From the NCBI GenBank assembly GCA_036494425.1, contig DASXOK010000028.1, positions 1 to 59,418 on the forward strand: a DNA stretch of 59,418 nt, read 5' to 3'. Position numbers and translations under genes: made by a program. The notes below the pieces were generated by a model. That model ran no database searches. It was given only the letters and a program-made list of their open reading frames with translations, and was not told the DNA's origin. Source of the stretch: Pseudolabrys sp. GTDB lineage: Bacteria; Pseudomonadota; Alphaproteobacteria; Rhizobiales; Xanthobacteraceae. Numbering within the stretch: the stretch's first letter is position 1; every line of letters starts with the position of its first letter. This document shows, piece by piece, positions 45,133-55,893 of the stretch.

Positions 45133-48100
45133 TCATTCCGCCGGCTGCGGGGCGGGCGGCGGACGGCGCCGGCGCACGAAGGAGGGCACGGCGCCGCCGA
45201 GGCGCCGGTGCAGTTTGTCGAGCAGCAGATAGATCACCGGCGTCGTGTAAAGCGTCAGCACCTGCGACACCAAGAGGCCGCCGATGATGGTGATGCCGAG
45301 CGGCCGCCGCAGCTCCGAGCCCGGCCCCGAAGCGATCACCAGCGGCAGCGCGCCGAGCATGGCCGCGAGCGTGGTCATCAAAATCGGCCGGAATCGCGCG
45401 AGGCAGGCTTCGTGGATGGCGCGCTCCGGCGAGAGCCCGCCGCACCGCTCGCCCTCGAGCGCGAAGTCCACCATCATGATGCCGTTCTTCTTCACGATGC
45501 CGATCAAGAGAATGATGCCGATGAAGGCGATAACCGTCAGCTCTGTGCCGGATATCTCCAGCGCCAGCAGCGCGCCCAGGCCCGCCGAGGGCAGCGTCGA
45601 GATGATGGTGAGCGGGTGCGCCAGGCTCTCGTACAGCACGCCGAGCACGATGTAGACCGCGATCAGCGCCGCCAGCAGCAGGAGCGGCTGCGCGCCGGCC
45701 GATTGCTTGAAGGCTTGGATGTCGCCGGCGAAGTCGGTGTGGATAGCGTCGGGGACATGCAGGCCGGCGACCGCCTGCGTGATCGCCGCGGTGGCGGTTT
45801 CCAGCGGCATGGCCGCCGCGAGATTGTAGGTGATGGTGGTGGAGGGGAACTGGCCCTGGTGATTCACCACCAAGGGCGCGATGCCGCGCGTCACCTTGGT
45901 CACCGCCGACAACGGCACCTGGCCATTGCTGCCCGGCACATAGATCTGGCTGAGGTCGGTAGGGTCGCGCTGATACTTGCGGTCCACCTCGAGGATGATG
46001 CGGTACTGGTTGCGTTGCGTATAGACAGTCGATATCTGCCGCTGCGAGTAGGCATCGTTGAGCGCGTTGTCGATGTCGTTGACGCTCACGCCGAGGCGCG
46101 CCGCCGACGCGCGGTCGATGCTGACATTGGCTTGTAGCCCGCCCTGCTCGCGATCGGTGTTGACGTCCACGATGCCGGGCACTTTCTTCACCGCGTCGAG
46201 CACCTTCGGCACCCAGGTCTGCAACAGGTCGATGTCCGAGCTCCACAGCGTGAACTGATACTGCGAGTCGCTCTGGCGTCCGCCCATGCGGACGTCCTGC
46301 GCCGGCACCAGGAACGTGCGCAGGCCGGGAACATGGTTGAGCTTGGTGCGCAGGCGCGCGAGCACCTGCTGCGTGGTCGCATAGCCGCGCTCTTCCGGCG
46401 GCTTCAGGCTGACGAACAGCCGTCCGCGATTGACCGAGGTGCCGCCCGGGCCGCCGCCGCTGCCGACCGAGGAGCCGAGGCCCGCCACCGCCGGATCGGA
46501 CAGCACGACGTCCATCGCCTGCTGCTGCAGCTTCAGCATCGCCCCATAAGAGACGTCGGTCGAGGCCTGCGTGCCGCCGAACATCAGGCCGGTGTCGTCC
46601 TGCGGCAGATAGCCTTTCGGCACTTTGATGTAGAGGCCGATGGTGAGCACGATGGTGGCCACGAACACGATCAGCGCCAGCGCGCGATGTTCGAGCGTGA
46701 AGGAAAGCGTGCGGTCGTAGAAGCGCAACAAGCGCGACAGCACGGCCTCCACGCGCCGGTCGAGCCAGGTGCGATCGTGGCTCGGCGCCTCGCGCACGAA
46801 GTACGCACAGATCATCGGCGTCACGGACAGCGACACAACGGTCGAGATGATGATGGCGAAGGCGAGCGTCACCGAGAATTCTCGGAAGAACCGCCCGATG
46901 ATGCCGCCCATCAAGAGCAACGGAATGAAGGCGGCGATGAGCGACACCGAGATCGACACGACCGTGAAGCCGATCTGCTTGGCTCCTTTAAGCGCCGCAC
47001 GCATCGGCGACGCGCCTTGCTCCAGATAGCGCGCCGCGTTCTCGATCATCACGATGGCATCGTCCACCACGAATCCGACCGATACCGCCAGCGCCATCAG
47101 CGAGAGGTTGTCGATGGAGAAGCCGGCCGCCCACATCGCCGCGCAGGTGCCGGCGAGCGCCAGCGGCACGGTGACTCCGGCCGCCGCCGTCGGCGCCGCG
47201 CGGCGCAGGAACAGGAACACCACCATCATCACCAGGCCGATGGTGGCGGCGAGCGTCATCTGCATGTCGTTGACGCTGGCGCGGATGGTCTGCGTGCGGT
47301 CGGTCAGCACCGAGAATTCGAGCCCCGCCGGCACCCATTGCTTGAGCTCGGGCAACAGGGCGTAGATGCGGTCCACCGTGTCGATGACGTTGGAGTCGCC
47401 CTGCTTGGTGATGATCAGCAGCACCGAAGGGTCGCGGTTGTACCAGCCGGCCGAGCGGCTATTGCGCACGCTCGGGCGTATGGTGGCGATGTCGGAGAGG
47501 CGGATCACGGTGCCGTTCACCGTCTTCACCACCACCGGATCGTAGTCGCTGGCGTTGCGCAGCTGGTCGTTGAGGCCGATGGTCACCGAGCGCTTGCCGC
47601 CGTCGAACGAGCCGTTCGGGCCGACGGCATTGTCGTTGACGATCGCATTGCGCACGTCTTCCAGCGACAGGTTCATGGAGGCGAGCCGTGTCGGGTCGAC
47701 ACGCACGCGGATCGCCGGCTGCTCCGAGCCCGCGACGGTCACGTCGGCGACGCCGTCCACCTGTGCCAGCCGTTGCGCGATCACCGTGTCGGCCGCGTCG
47801 TAGATCTCGCTGCCCTGCATCGTCTTGGAGGTCAGCGCCAGGATCAGGATCGGCGAGGCGGCGGGATTGAACTTGCGAAAGGTCGGCAGCGTCGGCATGT
47901 CGCTCGGCAGGTCGCTGAGCGCGGCATTCAGCGCCGCCTGCACGTCGCGCGCCGCGCCTTCGACGCTCCGCGACAGATCGAACTGCACGGTGATGCTGGT
48001 CGTACCCAGCGACGACACGGAGGTCAGTTCGGTCACGCCGGAGATTTCGCCGATGCGCCGCTCCAGCGGCGCGGCGACAGTCGCCGCCATGATGTTGGGG

Positions 48101-48264
48101 TCGGCGCCCGGCCGGCTTGCGGTGACATGGATTGTCGGCAGGTCCACGCTCGGCAGGCTGGAGACCGGCAGGAACGTGTAGGCGATCATGCCGACCAGGA
48201 ACAAGCCGATGGCCATCAGCGTGGTGCCGATCGGCCTGCGGATGAACGGCCAGGAGAAGTTCAT
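45133..48264 (-). CDS. mdtC: RND efflux permease MdtC/MuxC-like
   Basis: FIRRPIGT, VVDDAIVMIEN, GIVKKNGIMMVDFA, RFRPILMTT. Confidence 0.85.
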   Translation of the reverse strand: MNFSWPFIRRPIGTTLMAIGLFLVGMIAYTFLPVSSLPSVDLPTIHVTASRPGADPNIMAATVAAPLERRIGEISGVTELTSVSSLGTTSITVQFDLSRSVEGAARDVQAALNAALSDLPSDMPTLPTFRKFNPAASPILILALTSKTMQGSEIYDAADTVIAQRLAQVDGVADVTVAGSEQPAIRVRVDPTRLASMNLSLEDVRNAIVNDNAVGPNGSFDGGKRSVTIGLNDQLRNASDYDPVVVKTVNGTVIRLSDIATIRPSVRNSRSAGWYNRDPSVLLIITKQGDSNVIDTVDRIYALLPELKQWVPAGLEFSVLTDRTQTIRASVNDMQMTLAATIGLVMMVVFLFLRRAAPTAAAGVTVPLALAGTCAAMWAAGFSIDNLSLMALAVSVGFVVDDAIVMIENAARYLEQGASPMRAALKGAKQIGFTVVSISVSLIAAFIPLLLMGGIIGRFFREFSVTLAFAIIISTVVSLSVTPMICAYFVREAPSHDRTWLDRRVEAVLSRLLRFYDRTLSFTLEHRALALIVFVATIVLTIGLYIKVPKGYLPQDDTGLMFGGTQASTDVSYGAMLKLQQQAMDVVLSDPAVAGLGSSVGSGGGPGGTSVNRGRLFVSLKPPEERGYATTQQVLARLRTKLNHVPGLRTFLVPAQDVRMGGRQSDSQYQFTLWSSDIDLLQTWVPKVLDAVKKVPGIVDVNTDREQGGLQANVSIDRASAARLGVSVNDIDNALNDAYSQRQISTVYTQRNQYRIILEVDRKYQRDPTDLSQIYVPGSNGQVPLSAVTKVTRGIAPLVVNHQGQFPSTTITYNLAAAMPLETATAAITQAVAGLHVPDAIHTDFAGDIQAFKQSAGAQPLLLLAALIAVYIVLGVLYESLAHPLTIISTLPSAGLGALLALEISGTELTVIAFIGIILLIGIVKKNGIMMVDFALEGERCGGLSPERAIHEACLARFRPILMTTLAAMLGALPLVIASGPGSELRRPLGITIIGGLLVSQVLTLYTTPVIYLLLDKLHRRLGGAVPSFVRRRRPPPAPQPAE

Positions 48265-48267
48265 CGG

Positions 48268-51200
48268 CTACTCCCCGGGAGCGAGCCGTGCCGGCCGCGG
48301 CGGCAGTGCCGGCGAAAGACGCGCGCGCAGCCGCTCCATGTACAGGTAGATCACCGGCGTGGTGTAGAGCGTGAGCAACTGGCTCAGCAGCAGGCCGCCG
48401 ACGATGGTGATGCCGAGCGGATTGCGCAGCTCAGAACCGGTGCCGCTCTCCAGCGCCAGCGGCAGCGCGCCGAACAGCGCGGCCAAAGTCGTCATCATGA
48501 TCGGACGGAAGCGCAGCAACGCCGCCTGCACGATCGATTCTTCGGGATTCATGCCCTCCTTGCGCTCGGCCTCGAGCGCGAAGTCGATCATCAGAATGGC
48601 GTTCTTCTTCACGATGCCCATCAAGAGCACGATGCCGATCAGCGCGATCACCGACAGGTCGTAGCGGAATAGCATCAGCGCCAGCAGCGCGCCGACTCCA
48701 GCCGAGGGCAGCGTCGAGAGGATCGTCAGCGGGTGGATGAAACTCTCGTAGAGCACGCCCAGCACGATGTAGATGGCGATGGCGGCGGCGAGGATCAGCC
48801 ACGGCTCGCCGGCCAGGGACTTGGCGAATTCCGCCGCGTCGCCGGAATAGCTGCCGGTCACCGACGTCGGCATGCCGATGTCGCGGCTCGCGGCGCCGAT
48901 CACATCGACTGCGTCGGAAAGCGCGTAGCCGGGCGCGAGGTCGAAGCTGATGGTGACCGAGGGGAACTGCTCCTGGTGCGCGATGGCGAGCGGGGCCGAG
49001 GTCGGCACGAAGCTGGCGAAGGCGGAGAGCGGCACCTGTGCATTGCCGGTGGTCGTGTTCGGCGTGGCGGTGGTGTTGGTGTTGGTCGTGGCGGTCGCCG
49101 TGGTGCTCACCGTCGCCGTGGTGCCGGTCGAGGTGTGCGCGCCGGTCACGTAGATCTGCGACAGCGACGACGGGTCCTGCTGGTAGCGCGGCTGCGCTTC
49201 CAGGATGACGCGGTACTGGTTGGACTGGCCGTAGATGGTCGACACCTGCCGCTGGCCATAGGCGTCGTTGAGCGTGTCGGTCACGCTCTGCATCGAAACG
49301 CCGAGGCGGCCGGCCTGCTCGCGATCGACCTGCACCTGCACGCGCGGGCCGCCTTCCTGCGCTTCGGATGCGACCTCGCGCAGCGCCGGCGATTTGCGCA
49401 TCGCCTGCACCAGTCTGTTCGAGTAGTCGATCACTTCGTTGCGGTCGGTGCCGACCAGCGTGTACTGGTACTGCGCGCGGCTCACGCGCGTGGAGATCTG
49501 GATGTCCTGTGTCGCCTGAAAATAGACGGTCATGCCGGGCACGCCGGCGACCGCGTCCTTCAGCCGGTCCACGATCTGGTCCACGTGGGTGGCGCGGTCA
49601 TCGCGCGGGCGCAGCGAAATGCTCAGACGGCCGGCATTGGGCGTGGCATTAAGCGGGCTCACGCCGATCACCGACACCACGCTGGTGACGTCCGGATCGG
49701 CGCGGACGATGTCCTCGATCTCGCGCTGCCGCCGCGTCATTTCATCGAATGACACGTCGGTGCTAGCCTCGGTCACGGCGGTGATCACGCCGGTGTCCTG
49801 CAAGGGCAGGAAGCCCTTCGGCACGGCGACATAGAGCGCGATCGTCGCCGCCAGGGTCAGCAGCGTCACCAAGAGCGTCGCCGCCTGATGCCGCAGCACC
49901 CAGCGCAGGCTGTGGTGATAGCCCTCGATGGTGCGCTCCATCAAGCCATCGAAGCTGCGGCCGAGCGCGCCGCGCGGGCGCGCTTCCGTACGGCGGAGCA
50001 GGCGGCCGCACATCATCGGCGTCAGCGTCAGCGAGACGATGGCCGAGGCCACCACCGCGATGGTCAGCGTGAGCGCGAACTCGCGGAACATGCGCCCGAC
50101 CAGTCCGGTCATGAACAAGAGCGGGATGAACACCGCGATCAGCGACAGCGTCAGCGAGATCACCGTGAAGCCGATCTCGCGGGCGCCCTTCAGCGCGGCC
50201 TCGAGCGGGCTTTCGCCGTCCTCCATGTGGCGGACGATGTTCTCGATCATCACGATCGCATCGTCGACCACGAAGCCGGTGCCGATGGTCAGCGCCATCA
50301 GCGACAGGTTGTCGAGCGAGAAGCCGCAGAACCACATCACCCCGAATGTGGCGATCAGCGACAGCGGCAGCGCCACGCCGGCGATGATGGTGGCGCGGAT
50401 GGTGCGCAGGAAGATCAGCACCACCAGCACCACCAGGCCGATGCTCAGCACCAGCGTGAACTGCACGTCGTGGATCGAGGCGCGGATGGTGTTGGTGCGG
50501 TCATTGACGATAGTGAGCGTCGCGCCGGCCGGCATCGAGCGCTGAAGGCGCGGCAGTTCGGCGCGGATGCGCTGCACCGTCTCGATGACGTTGGCGCCGG
50601 GCTGGCGCTGCACGTCGATGACGATCGCCGGCCCGCCGGCGTACCAGGCGCCGACCTTGGTGTTTTCCAGCCCGTCCACCACATCGGCGAGGTCGCTCAA
50701 CAGCACCGGCGCGCCGTTGCGGTAGGCGACGGTGATGGCCTTGTAGGCGTTGGCGCTCTCGATCTGGTCGTTGGCGGCGATGCTGTAGGACTGGTGCGTG
50801 CCGTCGAGCGATCCTTTCGGCCCGGCGACATTGGCGCTGACGATGGCCGTGCGCATGTCTTCCAGCCCGATGCCGTAGGCGGCGAGGCGCGACAGATCGG
50901 CCTGGATTCGGATCGCCGGGCGGATGCCGCCCTGCACCGACACGTGGCCGACGCCGGTCACCTCGGAGAGGCGCGGCGCCATGATGGTGTCGGCCATGTC
51001 GCTCAAGGCGCGCTGGTCGATGGTCTTGGAGGTCAGCGCCAGCGTGATCACCGGCGCGTCGGCCGGGTTCACCTTCGAATAGAGCGGCGGGTAGGGGAGA
51101 TTGCGCGGCAGCGTGGACGCGGCGGCGTTGATCGCCGACTGCACGTCCTGCGAGGCGGCGTCGATGTCGCGGTTGAGGTCGAATTGCAGCGTGACCTGGC

Positions 51201-51465
51201 TGATGCCGAACGAACTCGACGAGGTCATCGATTGCAGCGCCGGGATCTGCCCGAACTGCCGCTCGAGCGGCGCCGTCACCAGCGCCGCGATGGTGTCGGG
51301 CGCAGCGCCCGGAAGCTGCGTGGTGACCTGGATGGTCGGGAAGTCGACCTGCGGCAGCGCCGAGACCGGCAGCCACCAGTAGCCGAGCAGTCCGCCCAGC
51401 ATCACCGCGACGCCGAGAAGAGAGGTGGCGATCGGCCGGTGAATGAATGGGGAGGAGACGCTCAT
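48268..51465 (-). CDS. mdtB: RND efflux permease MdtB/MuxB-like
   Basis: FIHRPIATSL, PVSALPQVDFPTIQV, TGFVVDDAIVMIEN, GIVKKNAI. Confidence 0.87.
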   Translation of the reverse strand: MSVSSPFIHRPIATSLLGVAVMLGGLLGYWWLPVSALPQVDFPTIQVTTQLPGAAPDTIAALVTAPLERQFGQIPALQSMTSSSSFGISQVTLQFDLNRDIDAASQDVQSAINAAASTLPRNLPYPPLYSKVNPADAPVITLALTSKTIDQRALSDMADTIMAPRLSEVTGVGHVSVQGGIRPAIRIQADLSRLAAYGIGLEDMRTAIVSANVAGPKGSLDGTHQSYSIAANDQIESANAYKAITVAYRNGAPVLLSDLADVVDGLENTKVGAWYAGGPAIVIDVQRQPGANVIETVQRIRAELPRLQRSMPAGATLTIVNDRTNTIRASIHDVQFTLVLSIGLVVLVVLIFLRTIRATIIAGVALPLSLIATFGVMWFCGFSLDNLSLMALTIGTGFVVDDAIVMIENIVRHMEDGESPLEAALKGAREIGFTVISLTLSLIAVFIPLLFMTGLVGRMFREFALTLTIAVVASAIVSLTLTPMMCGRLLRRTEARPRGALGRSFDGLMERTIEGYHHSLRWVLRHQAATLLVTLLTLAATIALYVAVPKGFLPLQDTGVITAVTEASTDVSFDEMTRRQREIEDIVRADPDVTSVVSVIGVSPLNATPNAGRLSISLRPRDDRATHVDQIVDRLKDAVAGVPGMTVYFQATQDIQISTRVSRAQYQYTLVGTDRNEVIDYSNRLVQAMRKSPALREVASEAQEGGPRVQVQVDREQAGRLGVSMQSVTDTLNDAYGQRQVSTIYGQSNQYRVILEAQPRYQQDPSSLSQIYVTGAHTSTGTTATVSTTATATTNTNTTATPNTTTGNAQVPLSAFASFVPTSAPLAIAHQEQFPSVTISFDLAPGYALSDAVDVIGAASRDIGMPTSVTGSYSGDAAEFAKSLAGEPWLILAAAIAIYIVLGVLYESFIHPLTILSTLPSAGVGALLALMLFRYDLSVIALIGIVLLMGIVKKNAILMIDFALEAERKEGMNPEESIVQAALLRFRPIMMTTLAALFGALPLALESGTGSELRNPLGITIVGGLLLSQLLTLYTTPVIYLYMERLRARLSPALPPRPARLAPGE

Positions 51466-52781
51466 TGCGGCGGGTTCGGCCTTCTCTCGCTGCCGCTCCG
51501 TTGTCCTTCGCCGGCGCCATCGGCGCCATTACCGGTGGGGCCGCCCGGATGCCGTCCGGCGCCGCGGCGCGCCCGCGCGCCCTGTTCGGCCGCCGGCGCC
51601 GTGCCGCCCTGGCCGGTCGAGAGGCTGACCTTGGCGCCGTCGGTGAGCCGCGCGAAGCCGGTGGTGACGACGCGCTCCGGCGGCTTCACGCCGTCGCTCA
51701 CGACGGTCTGGTCCTCGTCCTGCTTCTGTACCTTGATGGTGCGCACCGACGCCGTGTTCTCCTCGTTGACGACGTAGACGAAGGTGCCGTTCGGCCCGCG
51801 CTGCACCGCCCCGGTCGGGATCACCGCGACGAGTTTCAGAGTGTCGATCAGCAGCCGCACATTGACGAACTGCCCCGGCCAGAGCCGCAGATCGGCGTTC
51901 GGGAAATCGGCCTTGAGCTTGACGGTGCCGGTCGTGGCATCGACCTGGTTGTCGACGACCGTGAGCGAGCCGTGGTCGATCACTGCGTTGTTGTCGGCGC
52001 GCAGAGCATCGACCGAGAGTGCGCCTTTGGCGAAGGCGGCGTTCACGCGCTCGAGGTCCTGCTGCGGCAGGTTGAACATCACCGAGATCGGCTGCAGCTG
52101 GGTAATGACCACGATGCCCGTCGAGTCGGAGGCATGTACGATGTTGCCTTCGTCCACCTGGCGGATGCCGGTGCGGCCGGTGAGCGGCGCGACGATGCTG
52201 GTATAGCCGAGCGTGGCCTGTGCGCTTTCGATCGCCGCCTGATCGGATTGCACTTGCGCGACGTTCTGGGCGACCAATGCGCGCTGCGTATCAAGTTGCT
52301 GCTTGTTGATGGCGTTGGTCGCCGACAGCGTCTGGTAGCGGACGAGATCGTTCCTCGAATTGGCCAGGATGGCCTCGTCCTGCGCCTTCTTCGCCACTGC
52401 CTGATCATAAGCCGCCTGGAACGTCGTCGGATCGATGCGCGCGATGATATCGCCCTTCTTGACGTCCTGGCCTTCCTTGAAACTGATGGTGATGAGCTTG
52501 CCGTCGACTTGCGGCTTCACCGTCACGGTGTTGAGCGCCTTCACCGTGCCGACGGCGTAGAGGTAGACGGGCACGTCGGCGAAATTCGTCTGCGTGACCA
52601 GCACCGGGACCGGCCCGCCTTCCGCCGCGAAGCGGCTGCGCCGCTGCTGCTGCGGCGCCGAGCCGCTGAACACGTAATAAAGCGCCGCCGCCACGCCCAC
52701 GAGCACGACGACGATCGCGATATTGCGGCTCGTGCGGCTGCGGGTCTTCTTGGCCAGATATTTCGGGACTTCACCGTGCAT
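51462..52781 (-). CDS. mdtA: RND periplasmic adaptor MdtA-like
   Basis: TVTVKPQVDG, APLTGRTGIRQVDEGN, DNQVDATTGTVKLKA, LWPGQFVN. Confidence 0.87.
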   Translation of the reverse strand: MHGEVPKYLAKKTRSRTSRNIAIVVVLVGVAAALYYVFSGSAPQQQRRSRFAAEGGPVPVLVTQTNFADVPVYLYAVGTVKALNTVTVKPQVDGKLITISFKEGQDVKKGDIIARIDPTTFQAAYDQAVAKKAQDEAILANSRNDLVRYQTLSATNAINKQQLDTQRALVAQNVAQVQSDQAAIESAQATLGYTSIVAPLTGRTGIRQVDEGNIVHASDSTGIVVITQLQPISVMFNLPQQDLERVNAAFAKGALSVDALRADNNAVIDHGSLTVVDNQVDATTGTVKLKADFPNADLRLWPGQFVNVRLLIDTLKLVAVIPTGAVQRGPNGTFVYVVNEENTASVRTIKVQKQDEDQTVVSDGVKPPERVVTTGFARLTDGAKVSLSTGQGGTAPAAEQGARARRGAGRHPGGPTGNGADGAGEGQRSGSERRPNPPQ

Positions 52782-54273
52782 CGGCGACCACTGGTTTGGG
52801 TTTCGGTTGCCACCCCCCGCCGAGCGCTTGGTACAGGCTCAGGATCGCTTGCGCATGTGCGAGCTGCGCCTGCACCATCAGATCCTCGGCCTGGTAAAGC
52901 GTTTGCTGCGTCTGCAGCACTGTCACGAGGTCCAGCGTTCCCTCACGGAGGCGTTGCTCGGAAATATCGAAGGCGCGCCGCGAACTCGTCACGACATTGC
53001 GCTGGAGCCGTTCGCGCTCGGCGGTCTGGCGGATGGCGTCGAGTGCGTTCTCAACGTCGGAGAAGCCGGAGATCACCGCCTTGCGGTAATCCGCCAGCAA
53101 TTCGTCCTGACGGCCCTTCTGCAGGTCGAGATTGCCGAGCAACTGGCCGCCTTCGAAGATCGGCTGCGTCAGCCCAGCGGTCAGCGAGAAGAAGGCCGAT
53201 TCCGGACGCATCAGCGTCCGCAGGATCGCGCTCTGATAGCCGCCTTCGCCGGTGAGCACGATGCTCGGCAGGAATTGCGTGCGCGCGTTGTAGACATTGG
53301 CATTGGCGGCAGCGAGCTGCGCTTCCGCCTCGCGGATGTCGGGCCGCTGCGTCAGCAGCTCAGACGGCAGGCCCGGTGTCACGCGCGGATAGGCGAGATT
53401 GCGCAACGAGCCGCCGCGGATGTCGACGCGCTCGAACGGCCGCGCCATCAGCAGCGCAAGGGTGACCTTGTTCTGCCGCAGCGTCTGCTCGAGCGGCGGG
53501 ATCAGTGCGCGTTGGGTGTCGACCACGCTCTGCTGCTCGGCGACTTCGAGCGCGGACGCGGTGCCGGCGCTCAGGCGCTGCTGGATCAGGTTGAGCACGC
53601 GGTTGGCGCTGTTGTAGTTCTCGCGCGCGACCCCCAGCCGGTCCTGCGACGCGAGCACCAGGAAATAGGCGTTCGCCGCGGTGACCTCGGTCGTCAGCGC
53701 GATCACCTCGCGGTCGAAGCGCGTCCCGATCGCCGTCTCTTCCGCCGCGCGCACCAGCGAACGGTTCTTGCCCCAGAAGTCAATCTCGTAGCTTGCGGTG
53801 AGCGAGGTCGACAGCAGATCGCGCTCGGACCCGCCGAGCGAGCCGCTGGTGCCGCCAATCGACGTCGCCTGCGATGTGCGCGCGCGGGCAGCGCTGCCGT
53901 TGAGCCCAACGGTCGGCAACAGCGCCGCGCCGGTGATGCGCGACTGCGCGTCGGCTTGCACGATGCGCGCCACCGCGGCGGCGATGTCCAGGTTAGACTC
54001 GCGCGCCACTTCGACGATCTCGGTGAGTTCGCGCGAGCGGAACGAGCGCCACCAGTCGTTCGGCGGCATCCGCGCCTCGGCCGCCTTCGGATTGCGCGGA
54101 CCGGCATTATAGGCTTGCGGAATGTCGAGCGCCGGATCCGGCTTGTCGCCATTGAGACCGCTGAGCATGCAGCCGCCGAGCGGCAGCGCGAGGCATAGTC
54201 CCTGCAACATCATCATCACCGGGCGAGCTCCACGCTTCGCACCCGTCACCGTCCAGCTTATTCCGCGACGCAT
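52771..54273 (-). CDS. NodT/OprM-family outer membrane factor lipoprotein
   Basis: Lipobox LGGC, WW.SF..EL, ASYEIDFWG, PSELLTQRPDI, LYQALGGGW. Confidence 0.92.
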   Translation of the reverse strand: MRRGISWTVTGAKRGARPVMMMLQGLCLALPLGGCMLSGLNGDKPDPALDIPQAYNAGPRNPKAAEARMPPNDWWRSFRSRELTEIVEVARESNLDIAAAVARIVQADAQSRITGAALLPTVGLNGSAARARTSQATSIGGTSGSLGGSERDLLSTSLTASYEIDFWGKNRSLVRAAEETAIGTRFDREVIALTTEVTAANAYFLVLASQDRLGVARENYNSANRVLNLIQQRLSAGTASALEVAEQQSVVDTQRALIPPLEQTLRQNKVTLALLMARPFERVDIRGGSLRNLAYPRVTPGLPSELLTQRPDIREAEAQLAAANANVYNARTQFLPSIVLTGEGGYQSAILRTLMRPESAFFSLTAGLTQPIFEGGQLLGNLDLQKGRQDELLADYRKAVISGFSDVENALDAIRQTAERERLQRNVVTSSRRAFDISEQRLREGTLDLVTVLQTQQTLYQAEDLMVQAQLAHAQAILSLYQALGGGWQPKPKPVVADAR

Positions 54274-54324
54274 AATCAACCACTTCCGAGTACTGCTTAG
54301 ACCGAGGCGTTAACCTAGCGTGAA

Positions 54325-54804
54325 CTATTGCTCGTTGCCCGCTGTTTTTCGCCCCGGAGGCCAATCGGCAAGTGCTTGGCGTCCGTCGTGTGACATTTTC
54401 GACGCGGCTTCCGCGAACATCCCCTGCAGAATCTGGTCGAAGTTCTGCCGGGCCGCGCGCGTTTGCGTCATTGCCGCGCGCAGATCATTGACGTCGAATG
54501 GTTCTTTCCGCAGTGCTGCGCGGATCTGTTCCTGCGCGGCGCGGAATTGCGTCTGCGCGGCTTCAATCTGCTGATGATTGTTGTTGATATCTCCGCGCAA
54601 TTTGTCGGCGTCGGCCGGCGGCAGCGTTGTCGACAGACGCTCCATGCGCACGAACACATTGCGATCCCACGTCGGCGTATCCGGCGCGCGGATCATCATC
54701 GCCACGGCCACGCCGACGAAGAAGAGATTGAGGGCGAGCGAGCCGAGCAGCAGCCAGCGCGTCGATCCGCGCGCAACGGTCGGCGCGAAATGGGCGACGG
54801 TCAT
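54325..54804 (-). CDS. Periplasmic heavy-metal-sensor (Metal_resist/ZraP/CnrX-like) protein
   Basis: LLGSLALNLFFVG anchor, helical body, EPFD..L.AA, MSHDGRQAL. Confidence 0.75.
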   Translation of the reverse strand: MTVAHFAPTVARGSTRWLLLGSLALNLFFVGVAVAMMIRAPDTPTWDRNVFVRMERLSTTLPPADADKLRGDINNNHQQIEAAQTQFRAAQEQIRAALRKEPFDVNDLRAAMTQTRAARQNFDQILQGMFAEAASKMSHDGRQALADWPPGRKTAGNEQ

Positions 54805-55277
54805 GGCCCGGCTCCGGTGAGCCCTTCAGGCTCGAAGACCACAGAGCCGATGTCGCGGCTCATGATCGATGGATGATTGAGCCGGTCGAGCGGCCGGTCG
54901 AGGCCGGCGATGCCGATATAGAAACCGAGCGCCGCGCAGCAGGCGAGCGCCGCGACGCGCGGCCATGCCGGCGAGAACTCCCAATCGAGCAGCACCATTG
55001 GCCAGCGCCAGAACGACACCTGCTGGCGCGGCAGCGGGCCGGCCAGCCGCTTTGCTACGCGTGCGACGGCATCGTCATTGTTCTGGGTGATTTGCGTATG
55101 CCGCGCCAGCAACGCGTCGAGGCTCTGCGCGGCGTCGAACATCGCCCGCGCTTCGGCATCGCTGTCGATCAGCCGTTCGGCCTTGGCACGCTCGCTCTCC
55201 GGCCAGAGCGCCGGATCGGCGCCGTGGCTGTCGAGGAAGATCTGAAACTGCGCGCGGCTCATCACCATGTCATTCAC
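54801..55277 (-). CDS. Putative membrane anti-sigma factor
   Basis: F..LD.HGADPALWP..R motif, single TM (ALACCAALGFYIG); directly after the ECF sigma. Confidence 0.7.
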   Translation of the reverse strand: MNDMVMSRAQFQIFLDSHGADPALWPESERAKAERLIDSDAEARAMFDAAQSLDALLARHTQITQNNDDAVARVAKRLAGPLPRQQVSFWRWPMVLLDWEFSPAWPRVAALACCAALGFYIGIAGLDRPLDRLNHPSIMSRDIGSVVFEPEGLTGAGP

Positions 55278-55285
55278 CCTTGTTC

Positions 55286-55834
55286 TTATTCATCTTTATG
55301 ATCGATCACTCCCCCAAGTGCGCGGCGCAGGTTCTGCTTGCCGCGCACAAGTAACGTCTCCACCGCCGATACCGAGGTGTCGAGCACTTCCGCCACCTGC
55401 GCATTGCTCATGCCCTCGCTGTAAGTGAGGACAATCGCCGTACGCTGCCGCGCCGGAAGCTTGTCGATCGCCGCCGCGAGCAGCCTCTCGCGTTCGTCGG
55501 CCTCTGCCTGCTCTCCGGCGCCGGGAGAAGGGTCCACGATCTCGCCAGCTTTATCCAGGTCCACCCAGGCCGCCCGGCGCTTGCGGTCGAGGCAGAGATT
55601 GACGACCACGCGGGTGAGCCAGGTCTTGAAGGCCGCCAGCGGCTGCCAGCGGGGCGCGTGGGTCCAGACACGCAGCATGGCTTCCTGCGCCACGTCCTCG
55701 GCGTCGGCGGCATTGCCCAGGATGCGGCGCGCAAGCCCAACCGCGGCGGGCAGGTGACGGCGCGATAGCACACGGAACGCCGGCTCGTCGCCGCGCGCAA
55801 TCCGAGCCATGAGCGCTTCGTCACTTTCGTCCAT
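55286..55834 (-). CDS. ECF RNA polymerase sigma factor
   Basis: DEALMARIARGDE.AF, AEDVAQEA, FKTWL..N.C.D..R, region 4 LPARQR..EGMSN.QVAEVL..S..VETLL.R. Confidence 0.93.
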   Translation of the reverse strand: MDESDEALMARIARGDEPAFRVLSRRHLPAAVGLARRILGNAADAEDVAQEAMLRVWTHAPRWQPLAAFKTWLTRVVVNLCLDRKRRAAWVDLDKAGEIVDPSPGAGEQAEADERERLLAAAIDKLPARQRTAIVLTYSEGMSNAQVAEVLDTSVSAVETLLVRGKQNLRRALGGVIDHKDE

Positions 55835-55893
55835 CGCGGCTTTAATGCTGCCATCCCGGAAACCCATCCATTCTAGCGCTCAACCTGTCCATT

